Of a DNA stretch of 34,231 nt, positions 1 through 12,032 are shown piece after piece; within the stretch, counting starts at the first letter, position 1, and every line of letters starts with the position of its first letter. The notes under the pieces are model-generated. The model had not been told where the DNA came from, ran no database searches, and saw only the letters and a program-made list of their open reading frames with translations. The stretch lies in the NCBI GenBank assembly GCA_010015585.1, contig ML975191.1; one strand, written 5' to 3'. The stretch comes from Eremomyces bilateralis CBS 781.70. Its lineage: Eukaryota. The position numbers and the translations under genes are program-made.

Positions 1-3000
1 AACTGCGGTAATGCGAACAACGACAAGGCTAGGGCTACCTTCGACTCGATTGACCCTACCCGGTTCCCTATACTTGCAATTCAGGAACCGATGGTCGCCG
101 AAACCAAACCAACAGTCACCTATACACCAAAGAATTTTCACCCAAGCCGACCTATATACTACGGTATACGGGTCGTCTTCTTTATCCACGATAAGATCCT
201 TCTTACAGCTTGGGAATCAAAGCGAGCCTCCGACCACATCGAATGGATCCGCGTTATAACGCGTGACGGACCCCTCAACCTCGTTAACGTATATAATCCA
301 CCAGGGCACGTAGGCCAGCCACAGCTTGAGAAGTGGCCGGAGATCGCAGAAATTCTCTGCGAAATTGGCCAAGAGAACGTTATCCTCCTAGGGGACTTTA
401 ACTGCCATTACCCAGCCTAGGGTGGAACCGGAACCCTAAAGGAGCTAAAGGCAGACCACCTACTCCTCCAAACCGAGCAAGCTAACCTCCAGCTCCTCAA
501 CGAGCAAGGGGTAATAACATGGAAGCGGAACCAAAGCCAGTCGGTCATTGACCTAGCCTTTGCCTCGCCGGAGATCGCCTTACGGATCCTCCTCTACCAC
601 CCACGGCCGGAGTGGTCTACTACAAAGGACCACTTTCCAATCGAGATCCAACTAGATGCCAAGGTTTCCTCACACCAGACGAGCCCAAGGTTCACACTCA
701 AGGATGCCCCGTGGGAAAAAATCCGGGAAGATGTCTCTAGCTCCCAGTGGTATGTGCCAGAACCCCATACTGCGATTGACAACCTTATTAGACTTCTTTA
801 CGGCACCTTAGACAAGCACTGTAAACGGGCGCGACCTTATGACTGGTCTAGACCGGAGTGGTCACCACAGGCAGCAGAGTTCCTGGCTGGCGCCCGCCAG
901 GCCCGACGCCGGCTCCAACGGACCCAGGACCCGGACGACGAACGAGACTGGAAATACCAAAGGAATGCCCTAAGGAGGAAGATGCGTAGTGACGGCCGGA
1001 CGAGATGGAGAAAACTTATCCAGACACTTACTAAAGACGAGAATCACCCGGACTATATATACAACCGAGGGCTCTGGAGACTGAATAAGTGGAGCCAGAA
1101 GACCGCTGGGCAACCCGGTGGGCTTACAGCTATCCCACCACTTAGGCGCACGGAGAACGATCCCCCGACGGGAGACAACCAAGGGAAAGCAGAGATCCTT
1201 GCTACAAAGTTCTTCCCACGGAGCGGTGCCGCTGACCTCCAAGATATAACCAACGAACAGTTCCCACGATTCGATATCGGGCAAGAGGTCACCCCAGATG
1301 AGATCACCCGGATTATCCGCCGGCTACCGAACCAGAAGGCCCCCGGGCCTGACATGATCCCGAACGAGGTACTGAAGGCCCTCTCTGATATCCTAGCCGT
1401 AGACCTAGCCCGGACGGTCACCGCTCTCTTCCGAAGCGGGGAGCTGCNNNNNNNNNNNNNNNNNNNNNNNNNNNNNNNNNNNNNNNNNNNNNNNNNNNNN
1501 NNNNNNNNNNNNNNNNNNNNNNNNNNNNNNNNNNNNNNNNNNNNNNNNNNNNNNNNNNNNNNNNNNNNNNNNNNNNNNNNNNNNNNNNNNNNNNNNNNNN
1601 NNNNNNNNNNNNNNNNNNNNNNNNNNNNNNNNNNNNNNNNNNNNNNNNNNNNNNNNNNNNNNNNNNNNNNNNNNNNNNNNNNNNNNNNNNNNNNNNNNNN
1701 NNNNNNNNNNNNNNNNNNNNNNNNNNNNNNNNNNNNNNNNNNNNNNNNNNNNNNNNNNNNNNNNNNNNNNNNNNNNNNNNNNNNNNNNNNNNNNNNNNNN
1801 NNNNNNNNNNNNNNNNNNNNNNNNNNNNNNNNNNNNNNNNNNNNNNNNNNNNNNNNNNNNNNNNNNNNNNNNNNNNNNNNNNNNNNNNNNNNNNNNNNNN
1901 NNNNNNNNNNNNNNNNNNNNNNNNNNNNNNNNNNNNNNNNNNNNNNNNNNNNNNNNNNNNNNNNNNNNNNNNNNNNNNNNNNNNNNNNNNNNNNNNNNNN
2001 NNNNNNNNNNNNNNNNNNNNNNNNNNNNNNNNNNNNNNNNNNNNNNNNNNNNNNNNNNNNNNNNNNNNNNNNNNNNNNNNNNNNNNNNNNNNNNNNNNNN
2101 NNNNNNNNNNNNNNNNNNNNNNNNNNNNNNNNNNNNNNNNNNNNNNNNNNNNNNNNNNNNNNNNNNNNNNNNNNNNNNNNNNNNNNNNNNNNNNNNNNNN
2201 NNNNNNNNNNNNNNNNNNNNNNNNNNNNNNNNNNNNNNNNACAGAGGGGACTTAAGGCCTTCGACTCCCTGGCGAGGGTAACTTCATCGGTATGGGGACC
2301 ATCCGTCCGGAAATCGAGGCTACTCTACACAGCGGTTGCACGGCCTATTATGACATACGGCGCCCCTATTTGGGGAGTCTGTCAGCAGGGTGAGCCAATC
2401 TCTGAAGGCAAAATGAAAGACCTAGCCAAGGTTCAGAACAAGTGTCTACGAAAGATCCTAGGGGCTTACAAACGGACACCAATCGCCGCGCTTGAGAGAG
2501 AGGCGGACGTTCCCCCAATCGAACTCTACGTCCAAGAACGGGCCGCCCAAAGAGCAGCATCGACGAACACCCACAAGATCACTACCCAGATTGAGGGAGC
2601 CCTGACGCAAGTCTGGGATGCTGCTTCTGCTCCCCCGAGACGAACTCGAGGCCGACCCCGCCGTATCCGGTCTAAACCTGAACCCGCGATGAGTACGCTT
2701 CGGACCCAGTATGACAGACTTCTGTTCCCCCGGCCCGAACCAATTAGAGGATATCAGACACAACAGCGAAAAGGCCCGTACCGGATGATCCAGGACGAGT
2801 ATCGAGCGAAATGGAGGGAGAGATGGCAAGCCGAAGCGGCCAGACCAGGAAGGAGAGCAAGGACATGGAAGGACCCGTGGGAAACCCAGTGCCTTAACCG
2901 GTACGACGGCCTTCAGAAACACGAGGCCTCGGCGCTTATGGCACTACGGACTGAGGTAGTTGGAGTTAAAGGATGGCTCGCAAAAATTGGTGTCCCTGGA

Positions 3001-3276
3001 ATCCACCCAGCGTGTGAGTGCGGTGCCCCCCGACAGTCTCTCTACCATCTCCTTGCATTTTGCCCGCAGCGGACCGACCAGAGGATCGAGCTCCTCCAAC
3101 GAGCTGGAACAACGGACTTTAAGAGGATATTGCATGACAGGGACAAGGTGCGCCACGCAGCAAGGTGGCTGATCGATGCGGGAGGCCTAGAGCAATACCG
3201 GGTGGCCAAGGAAGTTGAGGAGGAGGTAATAGAGGACTGGAAACCGTTCCAGTTCCTCCACGACGTGCCAGAATAA
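1..3276 (+). pseudogene. LINE ORF2 (endonuclease-reverse transcriptase) with one visible premature stop
   Basis: Frame 1 is open except TAG at 418-420, where copy 2 has TGG. The RT core falls in the N gap. Confidence 0.88.
1448..2240. other. Assembly gap (793 N)
   Basis: Run of n. Confidence 1.
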
Positions 3277-3534
3277 GCTCTCCGCGTAGGCGGAAACACC
3301 GACTCTTACGGATAGATGATAAACGTTTAAGATAGTCTACTAAAGGGAGGAGGCGGGATTTTATGTACCCGCAGCCTCAGGGCTACGGGGAAACTTTTGC
3401 CCGCGGCAGACCAGATAGAATATCGTGCTCATAGACCCGAAAGGGATCCAGATAGTACGTTAAATTGATTCTTATTATTATAAATAACATATATTAAAAA
3501 TATTGATGGTATTGAGGTCTACGGAACAAGGAGA

Positions 3535-5428
3535 TCATTTTGGCGTAATTTCGCAGTCCTGTAGGTGTTTGGGGAGGCGTCGAACACGCTGTGGGCGCGC
3601 CCGGTGCCCGCCTTCTTCCACCCCCTCCTGTACCGCTTCTTCACTGATTTGGAGTTCTTGGGGCTGTAGATTTTGGTGTAAAGAGGTCTGTATACGAGGT
3701 TTCTTGACGGTCGGACGGGTTTTCGACTCCTTCTGTAATTGTTGATCCGCTAATCGTGCCTGACGTAATGCCTCTTTCTTCTTCGCTATATGTGCCTTTT
3801 CTTGTTCGCGCAAAGTGCGTGCCTCTAGGCGCTGAATCTTCCTTTCGAGTAGTAATCTTTCTTTCTCCTCTTTTAGCCGCATCCTCTCTAGCTTTTTCTG
3901 CTGTTTTTGGACTTGGAGATCGGATTTTTCCTGCTCTTTTTGTATCTGGAGTTCGCGAGCTCGCTGAATCTTCGAGGGACTAAAGAATTGGGCCTTAATA
4001 CCATCGTTTTCAGCACGAAGGTCATCAAAAACCGGTTTAGCCCGCTTACGTTTCATTTTTTCAGTAACGATAGCCTGCCTTAGGCCCTGATTCTCCGCCC
4101 GTAAGAGAACCATATCGGTTGAAAGCTGTGCGACCGCGGTATACAATTTTCGAGTCTCCGCGGTTACCACATCACCAACTGCCTCACGTACGATCTGCTT
4201 CACATGCCTCCAATCTGAAGAGGATAAGTGAGAATACCCCGATGAAGAATTAGAGCCCGGCCGATGCGGTTCTTCACTCATCCCTAGCGCCCCGAGAACG
4301 ATGGACTCATCCAGTGGATTCAGTCCGGTCTTCCGCCAACTACTCAAGATGTTTTCCTCGGTGAAGGCCTTGCCCCAAGCGATCCAAAATAAGCGGAAAA
4401 AGTCTCTTTTCGAGATAGAATAGAGCCCTTGGCTTTCGGAGATGTGGCGGTTGAGTTCCTGGCCGTAATATACCGCGAGGGGGCTGAAAAGACTGACATC
4501 AAGAGGCTGTAGTCGATGGGTGGTGTGAGGTGGATAACAGCACACTAATATCTTGTTTTTATCGCACCAATCCAGAAATCTCATATTAATGTGGCTTCCA
4601 TGCCCGTCAATCACCAGGAGCCGATACCGCCGCCGCGCTTTTGCCTTGGTATACCGATCGAACACGTTCGTCAGCCAGTTATACCCTAATTCGTCGTTCG
4701 TCCATCCCGTTAGTGATGATGCAAAAAAGGCGGCATGTTTCTGTGCGTCGAAGTCCTGTAACCAAGAGTCCTGGAGATTCCCTGAAACGGCCTGGTAAAT
4801 CAATCCAGGCGGTAGCCACGATCCATCCGCACAAATAGAGGCAAGTATGGTAATCCACTCGCGATTACCATCGGTCGTAGCTGACAAGCTCTTATTTTGC
4901 CTCATAACCTCTTTTGTGACGATGCGTTTCATCTTGGTCATCATCCCGATTAGGAAGCCCTTCTTATCCATATTGTACATATTCTCCGGTACGATCTCAT
5001 ATTCCGCGATTTTTAGGCGTAGTAACTCGTAGAAATCACAATAGTCCTTCGCCTTATCCGCATGAGTCCTGGAGCTTTCGATAATACCAAGATATTTGGC
5101 GTCGAGTAAGGTGGAGTGCCGTTCCACGAATCGGCCCACCCAATTTTTGCCCACCTCCTGTTTTGCGATATCCGACGCGAAATTCCATACCATCGCAGAG
5201 GTAGGGGGAAACCCATGCCTACATATGTCGTTTATATAGGTAATTAGCCTAGATTCTTGGTGGGCGCTCAGTTTGCCCTGGTGTTGGTAGGCTTCATGCC
5301 TGGAGGTAGACTTTCCGATGGCGCCTCGACAAAGTAGAACGATCGACTTGGAACTTCTTTGCAATCGCAGTATAATTAGGCTTTTCTTCCAAGGCTAACG
5401 CAGCAAGAGCTGCCTCAATTGGATCCAT
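3535..5428 (-). pseudogene. pogo/Fot1-family DDE transposase with a frameshift near the N-terminus
   Basis: ATG at 5428 gives the HTH (MDPIEAALAAL...FQVDRSTLSRRHR), out of frame with the 609-aa ORF (shift near 5315). The ORF carries the CENP-B HTH (GKNWVGRF), YNMD(K)KGF, LLVIDGHGSH and HRLQPLDVSLF. Confidence 0.9.
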
Positions 5429-5477
5429 TTTGGCAAAGTTATTACAATTGTAGTGTTCGAGTGTGCCGATATCAAAT

Positions 5478-5510
5478 CGTGCACGAGGTGGGACCGTGCA
5501 CGCCGCCGGG
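5478..5510 (-). repeat. Probable truncated 5' terminal repeat of the pogo element
   Basis: CGTGCACG occurs twice (CGTGCACGAGGTGGGACCGTGCACGCCGCCGG) about 50 bp upstream of the transposase ATG. No partner end is visible. Confidence 0.45.
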
Positions 5511-5967
5511 AAGACCTCTAGTTATTAATGGTACTGAAACCGCCATCTGTATTTGGTTCAACAAAGAGTACTCCACTACCACCAGGGGCGCCGCCACTAC
5601 CAAGCCATATAGGATTCCTGATCACATCACCTCCATTATCTTTATCTTTCCGAGCGCCGTCAATAGAGTCTAGTGTATCCGTTTCATGTACTGGAGCCGC
5701 GTTCGTTCGTGTCCCGGAGTCCGCCTTAGCAACTGTCGTGGCGTCGCGTATTGCCGGTAGTTCTTGAGTCTTCTTCTTCCTTTCTTCAAGTGTGGATCAG
5801 CCATAGCTTCGACGCGCCAAGGCAGAGCAGTGTAAACCAACCGAAATGCATCTCGCGGGTGGGATCGGATCAATGATGTCTTAATGCGCGCTTCGCGAAA
5901 CAGCACGCGAACGAATCCAATGAGCTACAGTAGAGGTAAGTTAACTAACTTAACTTATAGTTAGTTA

Positions 5968-6222
5968 CGGGACGGTCGAAAGAAGAGAAGGCACAAAGCC
6001 AACAGTACCTCACCCTATCGGAAGAGAAAGCCCTCGTAAAGTATCTATTACAAATGTCGAGGAATGGATTTCCTATTCCGGTTAAGTATCTAGGCTCGCT
6101 AGCATATATCATTGCGTGTCGGCGCTCCTCTGCCGTTCAACCTTCCGGGACGAACGTATCGATCGACGCTCCTGGCAAGAATTGGCCCCAGGCCTTCAAA
6201 AGACGCCATCCCACGGTACAAG
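5968..6222 (+). pseudogene. Fragment of a second pogo-like transposase (CENP-B-type HTH only)
   Basis: GRSKEEKAQSQQYLTLSEEKALVKYLLQMSRNGFPIPVKYLGSLA...PGKNWPQAFKRRHP. Confidence 0.8.
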
Positions 6223-6573
6223 TAATGCTTAACGGTTTATGGTTGCCCTTGATTTTGTCGTTCGAATAAGCTAGCATGTGGCAGTCTGCGACCAGTTTCT
6301 GTCTAGATCACAATTCGGATAAGGTTTGTCCTCTTTCTGGTAACCGATCAAATAATCTTGAGGACTAAATGGGAGAGCAACAAATAGCTCATCTTACTGG
6401 AGCCTTACTCCCCCTTGCTCTTGAAATTCACTGAACCTCACGTCCTATTCAGCCTCTTCGAGCCAACCCGGAGAGATCGCATCGAAAACATTGAAAGAAT
6501 TCAAGTTAAGACCCGAGTCACCAATGATATCGAACCCACCCGGAAAAGGACCCAGAGAAGGGTCCCACGGAGC

Positions 6574-8736
6574 CTACTCTGCTTGCGGCTCACCCTCGCT
6601 ATCGTTCCTGCTAGTACCTGTGGCGAGGAGTGTATCTACAAGCTCCCGAATAAATTTTCCGATGTTGCAAGCAACCGGGCACTCATCCATAACTCCCAGT
6701 ACTTCGATGGCTTGATTGATATACAGAAGAATTGCCGATTTCGGGCGAGCTATCGCTGGTTCTCGGGAAAACGTAGCTACGAGGATAGACAGACCGAAAG
6801 CAATGTATGTCGTATTATTCCACCTGTTACAAGTCAGTCTACTAGTCATACTCAATATGCTAACCCTTTAACGTACCAAGATCGGAAGAAATGATGCGCA
6901 GAATACGTCGAATGGATACACTCGATGATCTCGACGGCGGCGTTCTTGCAATTCGCGGAATATGCGGCTACCTTTTTTGCATCTCTTCCGTTCTTATGGC
7001 CTTTTTGCTCATGGAGAAAAAAAACGTAAAAGAGAACAATTCTTGTGTGTAAATACCCTGGAGCAACCTGTTAGAAGGTGTATGGGCAAGGAATATTTGG
7101 GGGGAGAAGGAGGAAGGTCGTACGCAAATGGAGGACGAGCCTTTGTAGCTCCGGCCAGTAATGATTTCCGAGCAGTAGGCGCGCTTTTGTCGCCCCAGAG
7201 AATGGCTTTGGTCGAATGTTCGGAGGAAGTTCTACTAACCAACTATTCAAGCGGCGTTCGTACTCACCGGCTCGTTCGAGTTTCTCTGACAGCGCTGTCT
7301 CTTCCCAGTAGATCTTCCTTGAGATCTCCTGCAAGATTCTGGACAGCCCAAGCATTACTGAAATGATTGTATTCTCGGATTCATTGTTTACGCTAACCAG
7401 TGGTGGCGGCCTGTTGTGATAAGAATCCAATCCGAGCATGTTTTCCCTGCCTAGGGTGATGCTTAACTCCGTTTCCATTGAGTAGAGATCCCACCACGTT
7501 CGAGAGACAACGACGCTGGGGGAGTCCTGTGGGAAATGGCGGGTTCGGAATGGTGCGATTCGATTGATACCCATTGAGAATGACGTCCGAAGGGCAGTTC
7601 CGAGATAGGTGTATGCAAGATTCGGGTTTAATTGGTGCTGGCAGACCTGTGCCATAATCATTGCAGCCTGAACCGCTTCTAGGTCGTTTAATGACCCTAG
7701 ACGACCCATCGCTAATTCGGCTCTTTCGAAAAGCATAAGCGCCCACGTATTCCGATCCATTCCGTTGATAGAATCCTCTATCCAAGTCCGTGTAAGTGCA
7801 CCAAGTGACAACACGGCGAAATACAATACCTTGAAGCTCTGATGGATCGAGATTCCGCGGCCAGTCCAAAGGGAAGAACATCGCTCTAGGAAAACATGTT
7901 GGTCAAGAATGGGATGGACGTAATGGAGAGTCTTGAAGTAGCTATCGATGAAGAGGAAGGCATAGTGTGGATAGTAGTTTTCTTGGACCTTATCGAAGAC
8001 CCTTAGGGTTTCTCGAAATTTCATAAATGCTTCGTTTTGGAATTCGATGACGGCTTGTCGGCTGAGAATAGGACATCCAAGAAATCGACTCGCAGAGTTT
8101 CTCTCCTTCAGTTTCATGAGGCGGTCTAGGAATGCCAGTGAAGAGGTTCGACCATGAAACTCGAATCTCCTACTCACACCATTGATGTCCATAACGTCGG
8201 TTGAGATGTCGTCCGGCGCTTCTTTGTTCGGTATGTCCACAGGTGCGGCACCCTGCCTTGCTGCTCCAGCGATAGAGTCGATCGTACTATCACCACTCTC
8301 GCTCGGCCATAGTACGTTCAGTTGCGATTGCTGTACTACCACATGTTCTTTCACACTTCCCGTCTGTTTTGGGTCTGTATTGCCTAGCTGTGGGATACCT
8401 TGAATATGAAGTGCAGCCTCTGCCCTCTCGAGGGACTTCTCCAGGTCCTTCACATATCTGTCCAATCATAAGTGTTCTGTCATAAGTACAGAGAGCGACT
8501 ATCTCTTACCGGATTGAATACGGGGAATGGCTGTTAACCTCCCCTTGAAAGATGCATTCCCGTCCTAGTCCTTCAGCAGTAGTGATTGCGGTTAGACCAG
8601 GGACGAGTCCAACATGAGATTATCACTCACTTTGACAATGAAAGCATGGAAGGTGGCCATCGCATTTGTACTTTTTGGCTCGACAAGTATTGCAGGCCTG
8701 GACTACACGTGGGTATCTCCTTTTGTTGACGGGCAT
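6574..8736 (-). CDS. Zn(II)2Cys6 transcription factor with fungal-specific TF (middle homology) domain, 5 exons, about 643 aa
   Basis: Exons 8736-8631, 8570-8510, 8457-7124, 7057-6877 and 6823-6574 splice in frame with GT-AG introns. Motifs: ACNTCRAKKYKCDGHLPCFHCQRLGREC, EFHGRTSS, YFKTLHYVHPILD, SRTWWDLY, FFRSWWNNTTY. Confidence 0.9.
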
Positions 8737-10010
8737 CTTTGGTTGGACGACACTGTGAGGGTCACGATGAATACGGTCGTTGCACCCTCTTCCATAATGA
8801 GATTTGGAAGATGTAGCGGAAGAGAGTTAGAGTGTGCGAATTTGCACCCAAATTCCATTGGCATTCCATGTACGGGTACGACGACAACCTGGCAGAAACG
8901 AATGGTCTGACATTGCGTAGGCGGTGAAGTCCACGACCTGGCAGGACCGCAGCGGAATCGTGCCCGTCGTGCTTTTGTTACGAATATATCAAGGCAATCA
9001 ATCTGGATCCTTGAAGTCCCAATTTGCATTAGTCTGAGTTCTGACACAATAGGCACATCCTAAGCGTATGATCCATAGATTAAAATGCGCTTGGGTGTCT
9101 TAGGCCCCGTGTTCATGCTCTAATTAGCGCACTGTCCCAGCGCAGCAAGGGGGCGGGCATAAACCGCCAAAGTCGGCTTACTTACTTGGAAGAGGAAAAT
9201 GCCAAAATGGTACCAATGCTGAGCCCAAGGCGAAGCCATCGTCTTCCACTCGCAGGTTAGAGCGCGAGGTTCGGTCAAACCCTTTAGTTCGCCACCGAGG
9301 CAAGAGGCGAAACGGAAGAAGATTTGGCGAATTCCAGGATAATGCCCATTTGAAAATTTCATCTTATGAGTTTATTAGAGATGTTGTGGTCTCCAATGTC
9401 CATTGGCGCAATCGCTTGTTATATCTATCTCCCATTCGGAAATTCCGAGTCCATACTACCCGTCCTTGCCACATACACTATCTATCTATGATGGACATGC
9501 TATATTCAATGAATGGTATCGCCTAGTAATAAGATGAACGACCTACAGATTGTCGTCTTCCTAGACAGCAGGTTTGTTAGTTCTTTTAAGAGCTTCGTGC
9601 GCTCTAATACAATTCCAACGCAAGGCGCCAAGCCATCATGCAGAACATGGCCTAAATTCGGGATCGTGGGCCATCCTGAGCAGAGCATGAGCAATCTGAT
9701 ACCAGTTAGATCAGATGTTAAGCAGGTCTAAGCAAGACGTGAGCGACCCTCTGGAGCGGACCGGAAGTGTACGACTCATCCCATTTTGTACTAGCTGTTT
9801 CAGTTTCCAGCCATTCAACCACTGTAATCTACTCGTCTCCTCCGTTCTATACTAAGTCTAGACACAGTCTTTACTGCAGATATCACAGAATCAGAGCACT
9901 TTCATCATCCTACTCATATAGTACGGAATCACTCGTGTTCCTCCTCGTCTGCACAGGCGAGTACAGCTTCAGGACTTCTCCGCGTCTGCTTACTAATATC
10001 GAGTAGCCAC

Positions 10011-10421
10011 TAGGGCACGCCGTCCTCATAAAGTCTTCATGAAATCTAACCCGATTTAGCCCTAGCGCTCATAAATGCCCTCATAAATACTAGCCCAATT
10101 GGGTATAGCATTACCCAAATGTAAGTGCCTGAGGCACCCACATCGGTATTTGTAGATTCTACCCATTCGTATAGCTCTCTCCAACTGTATATAGTCATGT
10201 AACCAACATTTTCATCACTTAAATGACCAAACCATAGCAGGAATGGACGTGTATATACGTAGCTTCAATCCTGAATTCTTCATAAAGAAGGCAGGTTACA
10301 TGACTCAGCGTGATGACTCATCATGCTGAATCAGCAACGCACGGGCCCATTACTGCCACCTTTTATGAGATCCCTCCGTAATTCATCATTTAATCCAGAT
10401 GAGCTCATTTGGACTGCCCTA
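10011..10421. mobile_element. Non-autonomous hAT-type element (MITE)
   Basis: Termini TAGGGCACGCC...GGACTGCCCTA; perfect 8-bp TSD GTAGCCAC (10003-10010 and 10422-10429); subterminal CTCATAAA repeats. Confidence 0.85.
10120..10282. mobile_element. Probable solo LTR nested in the hAT MITE
   Basis: TGTAAG...CTTCA termini, GTGCCTGAGGCAC palindrome shared with other LTRs in the window, TATATA box. Flanks are only an imperfect duplication (CAAA/TAAA). Confidence 0.55.
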
Positions 10422-10556
10422 GTAGCCACACGCACCCTGGAAAGTCCATCAGTAAGTAGTGGCGGTGTCGTAATGAGCCGAGGTTGAGCCGGGCGGGGAT
10501 TTTGCTGATCCGTCCCCTAAGAGAGTAGATTCGACCCGATAATAGCTTCATATATA

Positions 10557-10980
10557 ACGTATTCCACAAGCGAGTGGCCCATACAAGCGAGTGGCCCAGC
10601 TCATTTTACTAGTAAATTCGACAAAATTCGATATCAATATCTCAACAACCACTGGATAATATAGTCTGAAAACTTAGAGTTAGGTTTTCCTAGCCATTTC
10701 TAGCTTACTATTGAAATATTAAAGCCCTAGCTTTTACAGGTATAGAGATACCTACTTCTTGGCAAGATTTAGAGACCAAATCTCTATATCTTTATAACTA
10801 TAAAAGATAAAGCTCTAAGATTCTAATAATAAGCTAGAAATCGATAGGAAAACCTAATTCTAAGTTTTCAGACTATATTACCCAGTGGTTGTTGAGATAT
10901 TGATATCGAATTTTGTCGAATTTACTAGTAAAATGAGCTGGGCCACTCGCTTGTATGGGCCACTCGCTTGTGGAATACGT
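10557..10980. mobile_element. Fold-back MITE of the Tc1-mariner/Fot1 superfamily (424 bp)
   Basis: TA on both sides. TIR begins ACGTATTCCACAAGCGAGTGGCCCATACAAGCGAGTGGCCC; the inverted arms are near-perfect for more than 110 bp and recognisable for about 190 bp. Confidence 0.93.
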
Positions 10981-11042
10981 TATCAATTTGAGTGGTTATA
11001 ATGTCATATCTAATCTTGAGATACAACGCGTTGGTGAGGTGC

Positions 11043-11064
11043 GCCACTCGCTTGTGGTTGACAT
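11043..11064. repeat. Orphan right TIR of a related Fot1-like element
   Basis: GCCACTCGCTTGTGGTTGACAT+TA resembles the MITE right end GCCACTCGCTTGTGGAATACGT+TA. Confidence 0.65.
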
Positions 11065-11119
11065 TACCAATACAATATAATGATCATTTTTGCGACAAGG
11101 CCGGTCTGCGGCTCATCGA

Positions 11120-11232
11120 CTACAAGCAAGAATAATCCCCCGAAGGGAAGCGAGGCGACTTGGAGGATTGGCTTTCTCAACTAGACCTCTACTTCGCCTT
11201 CAACCCGGTAGAAGAAGTCAAGAAGACCCTCA
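11120..11232 (+). pseudogene. Ty3/Gypsy gag fragment
   Basis: EGKRGDLEDWLSQLDLYFAFNPVEEVKKTL resembles the N-terminal capsid region of fungal Gypsy gag. Confidence 0.55.
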
Positions 11233-11264
11233 CGCCAAGTATAATAAACGTTTCCTTCGATCAG

Positions 11265-12032
11265 TGTTGAACTTACGCCCCTTCGCGAGGGAAGCGAAGT
11301 TCGCTAGTGAGTTCCATTTTAGGATTTTGGCGGTGTCAACATTTCGACGAGACCATGTTGTGTATTGCAAGCCGAGAGAGAGAATAGTTCACTGGGCGAT
11401 GTCTACTGCAGACTTTTTTGGTTCTGCTCGAATTGGCGAGGTTGCACAATCATCAGCACGAGAAGATTCAAAACGGGAAAAGAGAGGCTTATATTTCAAG
11501 GTAGCACGATCACCCACTCCGATCGACTTCTTCTAAGATAAATGTCTAGGATGCACATATGTTTGCGATGTTCAGCAAGGACAGAGGGAAAACGGAGCTT
11601 TGTATTCGGTTCACAAAAGACGAGAAGGGAAAGAGTGAGGTACTACAAGACAGGTAGGCTGGCCAACAGGATTCCTTGCAAGATCATTCGCTTACATCTT
11701 AATAGGGGCCAGGTAACATTTTACGAAAATATGGAAGGTTCTCTTTACGAAAACTGCTTTCTCTTTTGCCTAGTAATACTCTTAGCCCGACCGACTTCAG
11801 CTTCTGCGACAGCTTTTAAATATCGAGATCAAAGAGCAACAGAGATTCTTTAAAATACACTGGAAGCATGGGTTCCGCAATAAACCCTTCTTTGAATGCC
11901 CAACGAATGACCTAGGAGAAGTTGAAAAGGCAGAAGCGGTCCACCGAAGGCATAAAGACGCATGTTATCGTGCAGGTTTACCCAATGCCCCAAACTTTCA
12001 CGACTTTAGGCGAACGGGCCTCAATAATGCTG
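11265..12032 (+). pseudogene. DUF3435-type tyrosine recombinase (Starship captain-like), 5' exons; N-terminus missing
   Basis: GSARIGEVAQSSAR...RGLYFK|D (first catalytic Arg), KDEKGK, KIHWK...KPFF, YRAGLPNAPNFHDFRR (HxxR). Introns at about 11501-11549 and 11653-11706; frameshift near 11830. Confidence 0.85.

Larger units (their letters stand above)
1..3481 (+). mobile_element. Tad1-like LINE (non-LTR retrotransposon), copy 1; 5' part lies outside the window
   Basis: APE endonuclease motifs (NCGNAN...ILAIQEP, NVYNPP, LLGDFN), KAPGPDMIPN, C-terminal C-x-C...H-x4-C motif, 3' UTR ending in a (TTA)n tail. Colinear with 13789-17768. Confidence 0.95.

Noticed and set aside
754..3276. 840-aa ORF as an intact RT gene
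   Set aside because: It spans an N gap, starts at an internal GTG, and the true ORF2 frame has a stop at 418-420.
6415..6894. 159-aa plus-strand ORF
   Set aside because: Antisense shadow of the transcription factor's last exons.
9480..10000. Possible degenerate gene on the minus strand
   Set aside because: Protein-like stretches with several stops but no family I can recognise.
9000..11264. Starship left boundary or target-site repeat
   Set aside because: No convincing direct repeat or asymmetric TIR could be identified; the region is overwritten by other TEs.
11090..11536. 148-aa ORF as a standalone gene
   Set aside because: It is a chimera of an off-frame gag remnant, a recombinase exon and intron read-through.
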